Shown: positions 1 through 11,175 of the stretch, piece after piece
Layout: the number at the start of each line of letters is the position of its first letter
Position numbering within the stretch: the first letter of the stretch is position 1
Assembly: GCA_950097015.1 (NCBI GenBank)
Contig: CATNEN010000027.1
Location: 434,001-498,000, forward strand
Origin: Macrostomum hystrix
Lineage: Eukaryota; Animalia; Platyhelminthes
Direction: 5' to 3'
Length of the DNA stretch: 64,000 nucleotides
Notes under the pieces: generated by a model
Seen by the model: only the letters and a program-made list of their open reading frames with translations
Databases searched by the model: none
What the model was told of the DNA's origin: nothing
Translations under genes and position numbers: made by a program

Positions 1-379
1 ATTCATAAATAGCTTTGAAAATCAAGTTATTTATCTTCATTCCGTTTACTTAGACAAACATTGAATTTGAAATTATTTTTATTTTAAATTGTTTATATAG
101 ATCTAAATTACGCAAAATTATCAATAGGCCTAGTTGAATTTTCAAGTCAAAATGTATACTGTGAAAAAATTATGGAATAAAACCATTTATCCTTATTTGC
201 CCAAAGAAATATACAATGCCTCAAGTAGAGTCGATAAAATTATATCACGATTTCTTATTACTAATGTAGCAGGCCCCTTTTAACTGTCCATTTATACCCT
301 CCTTTTATAGCCGTCACTTTATGTCTATGATTCATGCCCGTTTTTACACCTGCCCCAAATGAACCAGTTGCGCAGCCGA

Positions 380-635
380 CAGCACAGCCGCAGCTATTGC
401 ACGTCGCATCTGAAGGCTGTGTACGGCTGTTCAGTCCATGGACTGGAAGACGCCACACCCACCCTCAATTACCCCAGCTGATGCTGGTACCCATTTATCA
501 GCTGGGTGAACTGAAGCAATGCAGAGTTAAGTGTCTTGCTAAAATATGAAAAATGGTTCCAGTGGAGTCGGGAATCGAACCCCGACCTTCGAGTCGTGAG
601 TCTGACGCCCTAACCTGCACTAGGCAACAACCACC
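380..635 (-). mobile_element. tRNA-derived CORE-type SINE (family A), copy 1
   Basis: On the - strand: tRNA-like head with A-box-like TAGTGCAGGTTAG and B-box GGTTCGATTCC (about 558-634). It is followed by GCAAGACACTTAACTCTGCATTGCTTCAGTTCACCCAGCTGATAAATGGG, which resembles the MIR/CORE domain, and by the palindrome CAGTCCATGGACTG (432-445). Related copies occur elsewhere in the window. Confidence 0.75.
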
Positions 636-1609
636 TCGTTCTTCAATAATAAGAATTTTTGACAGATGTTTCCCCGAATCTGTCCCTGCCTCTTAAAATG
701 CGTCGAACATTAACATGCACGTACATAGTACTCCTTTGCACTGAGCAGGGAAGCATTATCCAACTTCTCTCGACGAGAGCTGATATTTTTAACACTTAGA
801 GTTTCTGAAAATTAGCATTTGTTTATCTTATTGCATTTGCTTCTTAAAGTAGTTGTCGACACACAAGTCTAAATGACGACGTTCATGTTGGCACAAAATT
901 TCCAAGAAACTATACGCGTTAGCAATTGACTAATAATTTCTAATGCCGCGTTCACTTGCCTGCGTATATTTAATTCTGTACAAGTGGTCTCCAGCATCCA
1001 GGTGACGTGTGGGAATCTGCAAGTCACGTCACTATTCCAATCTCCATGAAGTCGTCGTACATCCTTCAATGTTACAGTTCTGAGTTGTTTTCGTCCTTGT
1101 TGCGGGTAAAAAGCGCTTAAAAACTCACAAATATACTATTTACACACTTCGATATGACAGCTTATTAAATTTCGCTGAATGTTGTCATAGTTTTTAGGCT
1201 ACTTTATGGTTCTAAAATATGAACTAGTCATTGTGAAATGACTTTATTTAGGTAATATACACAAATCAATAAAAAACGGTCGATGCAGTAAATTATTTTA
1301 GTAAATTACTGCTTCTCTACTGTTACGTCACGTCTTATGAAGCATGCCTAGAACTCTAATGCCTCACTATTACACAATAGAATGGAATCTCTATCTTTAA
1401 GCATTTCTCAAGGTCAAGCAACAGATAGCAGGTCATCACACTATTCATTTTCACTAAGTAAGTTAAGACACAAATTCCTTTAATCTTGACTCATCTCACA
1501 CAATGAACCTAATTGTAGGAGCTACTCTACCTCAGTGTCAAGAGAACGCGGCTTGAATAGGAAAAGGAAAGCAGCAGCGGGTCGCTCTGCTGTGCAGCAT
1601 GTGAGACCA

Positions 1610-1672
1610 GCTTTCAAAGGCTCGATGAATTTCCATGACCGGAAAAACGTGTCGATTTGGAGTGTATAAATT
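1610..1672 (+). promoter_or_regulatory. Putative core promoter of the peptide gene (TATA box)
   Basis: TATAAAT at 1665-1671, about 100 nt upstream of ATG 1764; AATAAA at 2184-2189 downstream of the stop. Upstream TTCAAAGG (TCF-like) and GAATTTCC (kB-half-like) motifs are only suggestive. Confidence 0.5.
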
Positions 1673-1763
1673 CGAGTCATCTCGATGCTGGGTGGACCTA
1701 CAAGCCAAGTGCAGCTCTCAGCTTCTCAACCTGCTTCATCAAGCGACAAACAGCGACACAAGC

Positions 1764-2018
1764 ATGAAGTGGCAGTTTGCTCTCGGACTCCTGCTCTGCG
1801 CAGCCCTGGCAGCCGCCAGACCCAGCCAGGAGATGTCGGAGGAAGACGCGGAGTCGCTGCAGGCCCTTGAGGCCCTGGCTGACCTGGACGAGTCGGAATT
1901 GACAGCGGAGAAGGCCGCGGAGCTGCAGAAGAAGTGGCGAATCCGGTGGAAGCGTGTGTGGCGCGTGGCCAAGTCGGTCTACAGGGTCTACCGCATGCTG
2001 CCGATCCCTGGCAAGTAG
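1764..2018 (+). CDS. Secreted prepropeptide (84 aa): signal peptide + acidic propiece + cationic Trp/Arg-rich amidated peptide; candidate antimicrobial/lytic peptide
   Basis: MKWQFALGLLLCAALAAA (signal), RPSQEMSEEDAESLQALEALADLDESELTAEKAAELQKK (acidic, ends in dibasic KK), WRIRWKRVWRVAKSVYRVYRMLPIP, then GK-stop (amidation signal). GC-rich intronless island with TATA and AATAAA. Confidence 0.8.
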   Translation: MKWQFALGLLLCAALAAARPSQEMSEEDAESLQALEALADLDESELTAEKAAELQKKWRIRWKRVWRVAKSVYRVYRMLPIPGK

Positions 2019-2789
2019 GCAGATGCTGCTGAGCCGCTGGCAACTGGAAACGGACCCGACTTGTCCACTATACACTCAGTTCTACTCAAACATAAACTTT
2101 ATTTCTAGCAGTGCGCGGACCATTATTATTGCGAGTTTAATATGCATGCAACTATTCATATTTGAATTTAGTTTATAACAAACAATAAACAGTTTAAATC
2201 AATCTACGCTCGTAAAATGGAACATCGAGCATTCGAGCATCTAACATTCCTATAGTTGGAGATTATTTCATATAACATTACCTGATTATCTGAGTTACGA
2301 GATCGTTTTATTTGGTATTTTCTAGAGTTTAGCAATGCTACCCCTAGCTGTTGGGAGCACAGGTTTTATTCCAGACTCAAGTATCCCTATTTTAAGATAA
2401 CTTAGCGAGAATCCCTAAGCGAGAGTCCCTAGACAGAGTCAAGAGCCATGTTTCAGACGGAGAGTGTGAAATTATGGGTTCTGAGACGAGTAAGTTAGGA
2501 GTAGAAAACAAGCACGCATTCATTAGCGTCCGCGCAGTCATATTTATTGTACTAGTACGACTCAATGGCTGACTCAGCATTGTTAGGAGATTAGGGGTGG
2601 GTGCTACAGCGCCTTGCATCAGTGAGAGAAAGTAAGCATTGGAAATCTAAAAAAACAGCACAGTGGGGTGACATGGGTGCACGTGAACTATAGCCATGCA
2701 GATAGCAAATAGCGAGTATTGAAATGACAATAACTAGCTGTTATAGAGTGGCGCGCAAATAGTACTTTTGCTAAGCTATCTGACATAGA

Positions 2790-3150
2790 GCTTTCTACTT
2801 TGGTACGTGCAGTATAGCAACGCAGCAGCCATGATGCAGCTTAAACAGTGAGTCTGTCACCGATCAGCTAGCTATAGGATGTCGGACTGCAGGACAGCCC
2901 TCACAGAACAAAGGTAGACAAGAGCGAGCCCGCGGCATCGTCGCTGATCAATTAGCAGACGTTTGCAGGAACCATATATATACCACCGAGATAGACTAAC
3001 TGCAGACAGCGCAGAAGTTCCGTTCCCTGCCATCAGCGCCACGGCAGAAACTGCGGTCTCATTGTCGCCCGGCACTCATAGAAACGACGGTCTTCTTCGT
3101 GTTGAAAACCAGGTTGATGCTCGCTGCAACGCCAACCAGTTTGTCCAGTG
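2790..3150 (-). pseudogene. Decayed non-LTR retrotransposon (RTE-like) reverse-transcriptase C-terminal fragment
   Basis: Frameshifted pieces on the - strand, in order: LDKLVGVAASINLVFNTKKT (RT 'GLxxNxxKT'), LVYLGG ('FxYLG'), DQRRCRGLA..SVRAVLQSDIL, then ALLYC. This matches the motif order downstream of RT domain 7 in RTE-clade LINEs. Confidence 0.65.
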
Positions 3151-3750
3151 CACAAAATTAAATAACAAATTTATTAATTCGCCAAGTTAAATTACGTGTA
3201 AAAAACTACACATATTCAGAGAGCTTTCGTTTTTACTTGGAACTCAAAGTATTGTTCTGTGATTGTTCAAACGAGTGTATATTTCATGTCTTAATTGTCA
3301 CCTGTAAATTTAGTTAGTCTATAGAACGGTCTGTACTCACATGAGCGCCGCAATCACCATAAGTGAGTCTTGCATTTACTCTTGTCTGTTAATCCTCGCT
3401 GAAGTCAATAGTGTACTCCTGCCTGCCGGTCATTGTTAGCAGGCAGCTGTAATTCGGTTCTAATTTGCTGCATTCACAGTCGTGATCATGAAAGTCGCAA
3501 TCTGTACCGAACTTTTTCTCCGTGCAGGCCAAGTACATTGGGGATGACTGTTCGTAGATGCTGGCAGCGGAGATTAAAGAGGCCACGACAGGATCGAATA
3601 GCCAGGCAGATTAGGTGTATGCGCATCGCTGTTAACTCTGATGGTACAGGGAGACAGGACTGTTGACATTTTTTTGTATACAAAGGAATTGAGATTCTAC
3701 AGTCCATGCAGGATAGAAATGGCACCTGATGATGAGCCATCTATAAAGGA

Positions 3751-3960
3751 GGGGCTGTACAAATAGTAGATAGAGCGTCGGACTCACGACTTAAAGGTGG
3801 GGGGAGGGTTCGACTCTCGACTCCACTGGAACAAAGTGTGTCCTGTTAAATGGGCACCAGCATTAGTTGGGGTAACTGAGGGAGGGTCGGGCGCCCCCCC
3901 ACAGTCCATGGACTGAACAGCTGACGCATGCAGCGTTCAGAAGCTGCGCTTGCGAATACT
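3751..3960 (+). mobile_element. SINE family A, copy 2 (internally shortened)
   Basis: GCGTCGGACTCACGAC..GGTTCGACTCTCGACTCCACTGGAAC head matches copy 1; AAATGGGCACCAGC body; palindrome CAGTCCATGGACTG at 3902-3915. Confidence 0.75.
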
Positions 3961-4343
3961 TACGCTTCTCCACCAAACGTGAATATACTCGTATATAAGG
4001 AGTCTTGCTTAGATTAACGGTCCAAGCAGGTGTTAGTTAAAAAATATCACCTATCAAAATAACAACAAGTTTTGTGACTATAAAATGTATTCCGCAAACA
4101 TTCCGATTTCCTGCAGAAATCCAATCGAAATCCGATTATATTCTGACTGCCATTTCTGGCTGGGTCATTAATGTTAAAACTGCAGAGAACAATCAGTGGT
4201 AAAAATGATGGGAACCTTGCAAGAGAGGTATCCGACGTAGATCTTCTAGCAGCAAAAAATACTTACGATTTTTTTGTTAAAGCCTTGTTTGTTAAGTCGT
4301 TTAGAATTTAACTTTCTACCGAACTATACGGAATTGTCAGGGC

Positions 4344-4708
4344 TGTTTCGTTCTAACATCGCGATATAACATGCAAAAGGACGCAGTTGCATCGATCTAT
4401 AACATGTTCGATGTTGCGTGTAAAATGTTTACTCCAAGAAATAATTAAATTAATAACAAGAAATAATATTTATATTGCTAGCGAGCTATACAAATTATTA
4501 ATATTACCTATAGCTAGCCAAGCTAAACTACAAATAGCTAGTTAAAAAGTAGGCATTTTTCTTATTGCTACACTGCTAGGCCTAGTAAGGGGCTTTCTAT
4601 TAGGATTACTTCAAGGTTAAAGTAGGCATTAACGCAAATTCTAACATGTTATACACCGATGTACATGCCCACTTTTTGCATGTTATAATCCGAAGTTAGA
4701 ACGAAACA
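4344..4708. mobile_element. MITE-like element with about 70-bp imperfect terminal inverted repeats
   Basis: Left TGTTTCGTTCTAACATCGCGATATAACATGCAAAA..TATAACATGTT; right end is the reverse complement (..AACATGTTATA..TTTTGCATGTTATAATCCGAAGTTAGAACGAAACA). AT-rich non-coding interior. Confidence 0.65.
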
Positions 4709-5337
4709 TTAGTGCGAATTGTACACTGTCAAACCGGCGTTAACGTGTTTTAAAATTTAAGGTGAAGAAAAGCAAAATTATCTACTTCTTCTATTCGCTT
4801 ATTTTTAACGTAGTTAATATTATTATTTTGTCATTTTATAATTTGAACCTGCAACGAGAGTCTCCATCGACCTGATGAACTTCTAGTTATTTAAGTAATC
4901 TGACCTGATTTCTATCATAACTAGCCTATGAGGTGCCATGCAAATTGTTTTCATTGTTTTGATTCGACATGTCTTGATTTCTTTCAGATATCAGAAAGAT
5001 ATCAGATGTCAAACATATTTTTTAGATAGGCCCCTATCAGAAAGATCAATATACGAGCTGTATATCATCGTATAGGCTATAGCTATGCTTGTGCTAGCTA
5101 ATAGCCTAGAGTCTATGGATTATAGGCATAGGCCTAATAGTCATAATATAGATAGGTCTAGGCCGATGCTTGTCTCCATCCCTTCCCTATTAGGCCTACT
5201 CACAAAATATTATTCATTTAGCTAGGCCTAGCTGTAATAAGTCTAAAGTCTAAGATTAAAAGGCTTGGTAGAATAAATTTAGCACATTTCAAAAAGAGGA
5301 AAATTAAATAAACTTGTAAAATATAATGAATTCTTTG

Positions 5338-5826
5338 TTTTAAAGTAGGCCTATTAGCTGATACTTGATACCTTAGATTTTTTATTAGGCCCCATTCTAG
5401 TTTTAATGGATCCTAGGCATATTGTCATCTTAGGCCTACAACTTTGTCATCCACTTGGAAGGTAGGACACTTCGTCATCCAGCCAATTGGCATGCTTTAA
5501 AGTTTGGTTAGTTCGTCATCTACTAATAACAAGCAATCAAGTTTGTCATCAATAAAGTGAGGGTGGGTGGTGGGGCAGAGGTGTGTTTTAAAGTAGGCCT
5601 ATTAGCTGATACTTGATACCTTAGATTTTTTATTAGGCCCCATTCTAGTTTTAATGGATCCTAGGCATATTGTCATTTTACAACTTTGTCATCCACTTGG
5701 AAGGTAGGACACTTCGTCATCCAGCCAATTGGCATGCTTTAAAGTTTGGTCAGTTCGTCATCTACTAATAACAAGCAATCAAGTTTGTCATCAATAAAGT
5801 GAGGGTGGGTGGTGGGGCAGAGGTGT
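5338..5826. repeat. Tandem duplication of about 248 bp
   Basis: TTAAAGTAGGCCTATTAGCTGATAC...GGGGCAGAGGTGTG occurs twice (TAGGCCTA at 5346 and 5594); copy 2 has a short deletion. Confidence 0.95.
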
Positions 5827-6083
5827 GAACACACTTTACACTCTAAATTGGCAAAAAGAGGTGTCAAAACTGATTTCATTATAAGAGTTGAAAGATAGGT
5901 GCCAACACGATGTGACTTGTGAGGAGGTGGGGAAGGGGTGGTTCTTTTCTAACTTTTCTAACTTTTGTTTTATAGATGACAAAGTGTCCACAAGTCTAAG
6001 TCTCTTCGTCATCCACCCTCTGAGATATTGGACAGATCGTCATCTGGATGATGAAGTTGTAAGATGACAAAGTGTCCAGGTAC
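5460..6083. mobile_element. Non-autonomous DNA-transposon-like element with repeated subterminal inverted motif GGACACTT(C/T)GTCATC
   Basis: GGACACTTCGTCATC at 5465 and about 5704; inverted GATGACAAAGTGTCC at about 5975 and 6063-6077; additional (T)TTGTCATC/TCGTCATC motifs in between. Confidence 0.5.
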
Positions 6084-7434
6084 CATTTTAATAATGGTTC
6101 ATATCTAGGCATAGCTAGCTATGAATGTTAAGCTAAATTATTTTTTTTTCATTTTTCTAAACTTTTAAGTAGACCTTAACCTTTTTAAAAAAGTCTTAGG
6201 CCTAATCTTAATGTAAAAAATCAAGGTGTAGTTTATTTACAAACATACTTATTAATTAATTTTATTGAATAGTCATATAAGTTCATTTACAATTTGGTGC
6301 TGGCATATGCCAAGTAGATAGCTATACTATATATCTATACATGCCAAGTTGATACTGGTTTGTAGGCCTATACCAACTTGATTTTCATGTTCAAATGTAT
6401 ACCAAGTGTATGCCAACAGCTATTGAAGACCCAAATGTATTCCAAACTAGTTTGGCCACCTTCCAGAATATGGAGTATGGCTAATCAGTGTGTTTTTAGC
6501 TACATTTTTGCTGTTTGCTACTTTGGGAACAAGGATTGTTAGGTTTGGGTTTGGCAATCATTGATAGAGACTACTTCATTTGTAATGTGGTTCAGTGTAT
6601 ATATTGAAACAGACTGCAAATTACAAATTAATGTGCAAAACTGTTGTTGACCAACTGGCTAATCATAATGGATTGCCACATTTCAAAATGAATTTAAGGT
6701 CAAACTCTGTAATTCACTTTTCAACAATTTTCTTAAATGTATACTAATGAATTATTTTAATTATTATTGTGAATGGCACAACTGTTTGTTACAGTAGTGA
6801 AACTTTAGGCTATCATACAATGTCTACAATACAATTATATAGCAAAATGTTCATACAAAATTCTTCTGATTTGGGCAGGTATTCTTGATACAATATATAT
6901 ATTTATTTGTATTGTAAGTGTTCCAATTTCCTGGTCCATTGCTGTGTTTAACCTGACAGGGCCTATTTATAACAGCAAGATGCATATAATAAATCAACCT
7001 TAAGTAATTAAAATTTTTATATTTGTTCTGTTTTCTTTTTAAATATATTAGGCCTATAGTAGTGATATAGATACTTAGATAATTTATTATTAAAGTATAC
7101 ATGCATAAGTCAGTTTCATATTGACACATTTTGGCCTACAAGTGTAAATTTTCATGGCAATAAATAAATCTGAATTGTTTTTCTATGATGAATGAATTAG
7201 GCCTATTTCGATTTTTTTTTCTTGGCTATTGTAAAAATTAAACTCGTATTATTAACATATATAAGTATGCTAAATATTTTAAAAAGATTTGGACTATATT
7301 TAAGTTTAAATATTTATATTTGATGTTAAGAATGTTTTGTACTTGTATAAACTAGACATAAGGCAATGCTTTTAATAAATGTAAAGCTGTGTAATCAATT
7401 TTTGTTTCAATTAATTTGCTGCCATCACTTTAAG

Positions 7435-8699
7435 GCTAGTGCTTGCACCAAAGACTCAGTCTGCAATGACGAAAGTGACTCGTCTGGCTATGCGGCTGGC
7501 ATGTTTCAATCAGTTAATGACCTAATTGACGATTTAACAATGGATCTGATATTCACTTGCCACATGGAGGCCAAGATGGGCCTGTTGATGCTGGAGGACG
7601 AGCTAGCCACTGTGTCACCCACCTCTGAAGTTCACTCGCCTCAGAATAGGCAGGCAAAACAGCAGCAGCAGCGGCATTCGCCAATCTGCCGATGCCCGAA
7701 TTGTCACAGGCGCTTGGCTGCTTCAAGATTGGCGCCGCATCTAGAAAAGTGCATGGGCATGGGCCGTCTGGCAGCTAGGCGGAGAAGAACTCAGGCTTAC
7801 GAATCGGCCTTACAAACTGCCGCTGGTTAGTGAGCGATAGAACTGATACTGGCGTTTTTACAGCTGGGTGAACTGAATCGAAATGGGAAATTAAGTGCCT
7901 TTCTCGTGCAGGGAATTGTGTAGAGTAATGCTTGAGAATCGAACTCCTGACCACCGTTCAGAACTCTAAAGCTCAAATCGTTGTGCTAAAGTCTACCTTG
8001 GTTTAACTGTGCCAAAAACTAAACTTGCTTCTGATTAATATTAAAATAATTGCAGGAGGGCTTTGGGCAAAGGCACATCATTTGGTGACACTAGACCCGC
8101 AGCCAGTGAGGAGGCAGTTCTGCCGTTTCGCTGTGATACTGTGCGCAGTCATACGTCACACAGGGTGTGTATATCTGCCCATACTTTCTCAGGCATTGTA
8201 CACTCTCACTGTGCCTTGGAGGTTGGCCCTCAAGGGCGCAAGTTGCACTAGACTCCAAGCCTTCTCTCCGCGGCTGCGCCACAAATAAATGTGGCCTCGC
8301 CGCGGAATCGAACTTAGGGACCGTGGCGCTAGTGCAAACGCGTTAACCGCTCTCCCACTCACCCCCTCCCCTGCTTTTGACTATTTGTTTATCAATCACT
8401 TCCGTTATCCAGGTCAGCTGATGTCTAGGAAGCGTCGGCGTCAGCAGTCAGCGGAGACTCCGCCGCCTCAGCCGCTGCAGCCGCAGTCGGTTTCATCATC
8501 GTCATCGTCGTCATCTTCGAAGGTATCTAGCAGGTGCCGCCTGACCCTTGGCCTCCCAATCGGAGCTAGCGGTTGCGAGTTGTACTATAGTAATTTGTCT
8601 GGCAACACCACATCCGATGATGATGATGAAGCGGGTGGCGGCGCAGCCAGTGACGGTAATAATAACAAGCAAGTCGATGGCTTCCTCGTGGTCAGTTAG
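7435..8699 (+). CDS. ATXN7L3: SAGA deubiquitination-module subunit Sgf11/ATXN7L3; exons 7435-7825 and 8413-8699; no ATG at the 5' acceptor
   Basis: [27 protein letters not shown] is the Sgf11 zinc finger; N-helix [21 protein letters not shown]. Phase-1 GTTAGT/CCAG intron joins [12 protein letters not shown] in frame. Confidence 0.85.
7855..7960 (-). mobile_element. SINE family A, degenerate copy 3 (in the Sgf11 intron)
   Basis: CAGCTGGGTGAACTGAA..TTAAGTGCCTT and GAATCGAACTCCTGACC match the CORE and B-box parts of copy 1. Confidence 0.55.
8037..8371 (-). mobile_element. tRNA-derived SINE family B, copy 1 (in the Sgf11 intron)
   Basis: About 330 bp closely similar to 15023-15379; head with GGTCCCTAAGTTCGATTCC; degenerate TSD TGCTTCTGATT/TGCTTTTGACT. 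Confidence 0.85.
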
Positions 8700-9242
8700 G
8701 ATAAGTACCTAATAATAAATAGCAAATAAATGTCTGTCATTTATGTAAGTCTGTGTGCTTAGTCTTTCCCCTGCCAAAACATTTAGCGGTGTTTTTTGTA
8801 TTAAAGCGCAATTGTCTGTTAATATACCTTTTCTATGAAATCGATGCATGCTGTTTATGTTCATAGATTAATATGTTAGTAGATAAGCGTGTGTTGTCTT
8901 TCATATTTAAGACTGTGAATTTGCCGTTTAATCAAATGAAATCTGCTTTTAATATATAAACTTTGATGGCAGAGTTGATTCCGCTAGCAACTGCGCGATT
9001 CCTTTATATTCTAGTATTGCTTGAGTTTTTTTGTGAGTCCCGTCAGCTTTCATTATGATACAATTATACTAGAAACACACATTCGCTTATTTTTAAGTCC
9101 TTGTTATCTTCTAGGTTTTCGACACTCGTATATAAATGTTGTTGATGAAAAAAATTGAGAATAATACTCGCTATTGTCAGTCGCTTCACACTTGTGTGAG
9201 TTCGCTTATTGTTTTTTCCTGACTGCTCAAGTCTAAGTAGTG

Positions 9243-10580
9243 GACTGTCTACTGTAGATAGTGATAGGGAAGGGCTAGTGACTGTCTACTGTAGATAGTG
9301 ATAGGGAAGGGCTAGTGACTGTCTACTGTAGATAGTGATAGGGAAGGGGTAGTGACTGTCTACTGTAGATAGTGATAGGGAAGGGCTAGTGACTGTCTAC
9401 TGTAGATAGTGATAGGGAAGGGCTAGTGACTGTCTACTGTAGATAGTGATAGGGAAGGGCTAGTGACTGTCTACTGTAGATAGTGATAGGGAAGGGCTAG
9501 TGACTGTCTACTGTAGATAGTGATAGGGAAGGGATAGTGACTGTCTACTGTAGATAGTGATAGGGAAGGGGTAGTGACTGTCTACTGTAGATAGTGATAG
9601 GGAAGGGCTAGTGACTGTCTACTGTAGATAGTGATAGGGAAGGGGTAGTGACTGTCTACTGTAGATAGTGATAGGGAAGGGGTAGTGACTGTCTACTGTA
9701 GATAGTGATAGGGAAGGGCTAGTGACTGTCTACTGTAGATAGTGATAGGGAAGGGATAGTGACTGTCTACTGTAGATAGTGATAGGGAAGGGGTAGTGAC
9801 TGTCTACTGTAGATAGTGATAGGGAAGGGCTAGTGACTGTCTACTGTAGATAGTGATAGGGAAGGGGTAGTGACTGTCTACTGTAGATAGTGATAGCGAA
9901 GGGGTAGTGACTGTCTACTGTAGATAGTGATAGCGAAGGGGTAGTGACTGTCTACTGTAGATAGTGATAGCGAAGGGGTAGTGACTGTCTACTGTAGATA
10001 GTGATAGCGAAGGGGTAGTGACTGTCTACTGTAGATAGTGATAGGGAAGGGGTAGTGTCTGTTCACTGATAATTATGGAAGGGGTAGTGACTGTTCACTG
10101 ATAGTGATAGGGAAGGGGTAGTGGACTGTCTACTGTAGATAGTGATAGGGAAGGGGTAGTGACTGTTCACTGATAGTTAGGGAAGGGGTAGTGACTGTTC
10201 ACTGATAGTTATGGAAGGGGTAGTGACTGTTCACTGATAATTATGGAAGGGGTAGTGACTTTGCACTGATAGTTAGGGAAGGGGTAGTGACTGTTCACTG
10301 ATAATTAGGGAAGGGGTAGTGACTGTTCACTGATAATTAGGGAAGGGGTAGTGACTGTTCACTGATAATTATGGAAGGGGTAGTGACTGTTCACTGATAA
10401 TTATGGAAGGGGTAGTGACTGTTCACTGATATTTAGGGAAGGGGTAGTGACTGTTCACTGATAATTAGGGAAGGGGTAGTGACTGTTCACTGATAATTAG
10501 GGAAGGGGTAGTGACTGTTCACTGATAATTATGGAAGGGGTAGTGACTGTTCTCTGATAATTATGGAAGGGGTAGTGACA
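9243..10580. repeat. Minisatellite: 37-bp GTGACTGTCTACTGTAGATAGTGATAGGGAAGGGCTA grading into a 31-32-bp variant after about 10040
   Basis: Direct reading of tandem units. Confidence 0.97.
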
Positions 10581-11007
10581 TTAGCCATTAAGAGATGTAG
10601 GAAAAGTTAGTGCTACAGCTGATGACAGCCCTAATGTCATCAAGCCCCTCGGGTACTATGGGTGTGGTGTCGCATAGTTAATCATAACTCATACACCACC
10701 TTGTTAAGTAAAAGTCAGTGCAGTATCAAACGCAGGGTATCAAATTTCACGAATTCGTCATTAATCAGCAAGCGGCATTATTCATTACAAAGTATCTTCC
10801 CTTTGTCAAAAAATTCTTTACAAAGGGAAGAATATTCGTTCTTCTCTTAAAAATAGTTGTTGGTTTAACTAGCAAAAATATAAGTGTAGCTTCTTGTCTA
10901 GCTTAGTATATAATTTAATGATCACTTGTACAATGTTAGATAGCGCTAATGCCTGTTCAACAATGCTCCCCATCCACAGGTAGTCTGTGTTCAAATTTTA
11001 AATAAGG

Positions 11008-11125
11008 GAACACGTTGCCCAGTGATTAGAGCTTCGAAGTTCTAACCAATAGGTCGGGAGTTCGAATCTCAGTCTTAGAAAACAATGAATTCCCCACAGT
11101 CCATGGACTGAACAGCTGTATGTAC
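11008..11125 (+). mobile_element. SINE family A, truncated copy 4
   Basis: GGTCGGGAGTTCGAATCTC B-box region and CAGTCCATGGACTGAACAG (11097 onward); ends about 50 nt before the ECD acceptor. Confidence 0.6.
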
Positions 11126-11175
11126 ATCTGTACATCTTGTGATCGCTTACTATATACGTGTAACAACCGTTGCAG

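Noticed and set aside
558-634. Functional tRNA gene
   Set aside because: No clean acceptor stem; continues into a SINE body shared with other copies. The B-box near 31745 is treated the same way.
1635-1763. Upstream in-frame ATG (127-aa version of the peptide ORF)
   Set aside because: A TATA box lies inside this extension, and ATG 1764 starts a textbook signal peptide.
3389-3740. Cys-spaced ORF pieces (CTEKKFGTDC..CEC..C..TG) resembling an EGF/laminin repeat
   Set aside because: Only one partial repeat, final Cys missing, no convincing splice partners; may be chance or a remnant.
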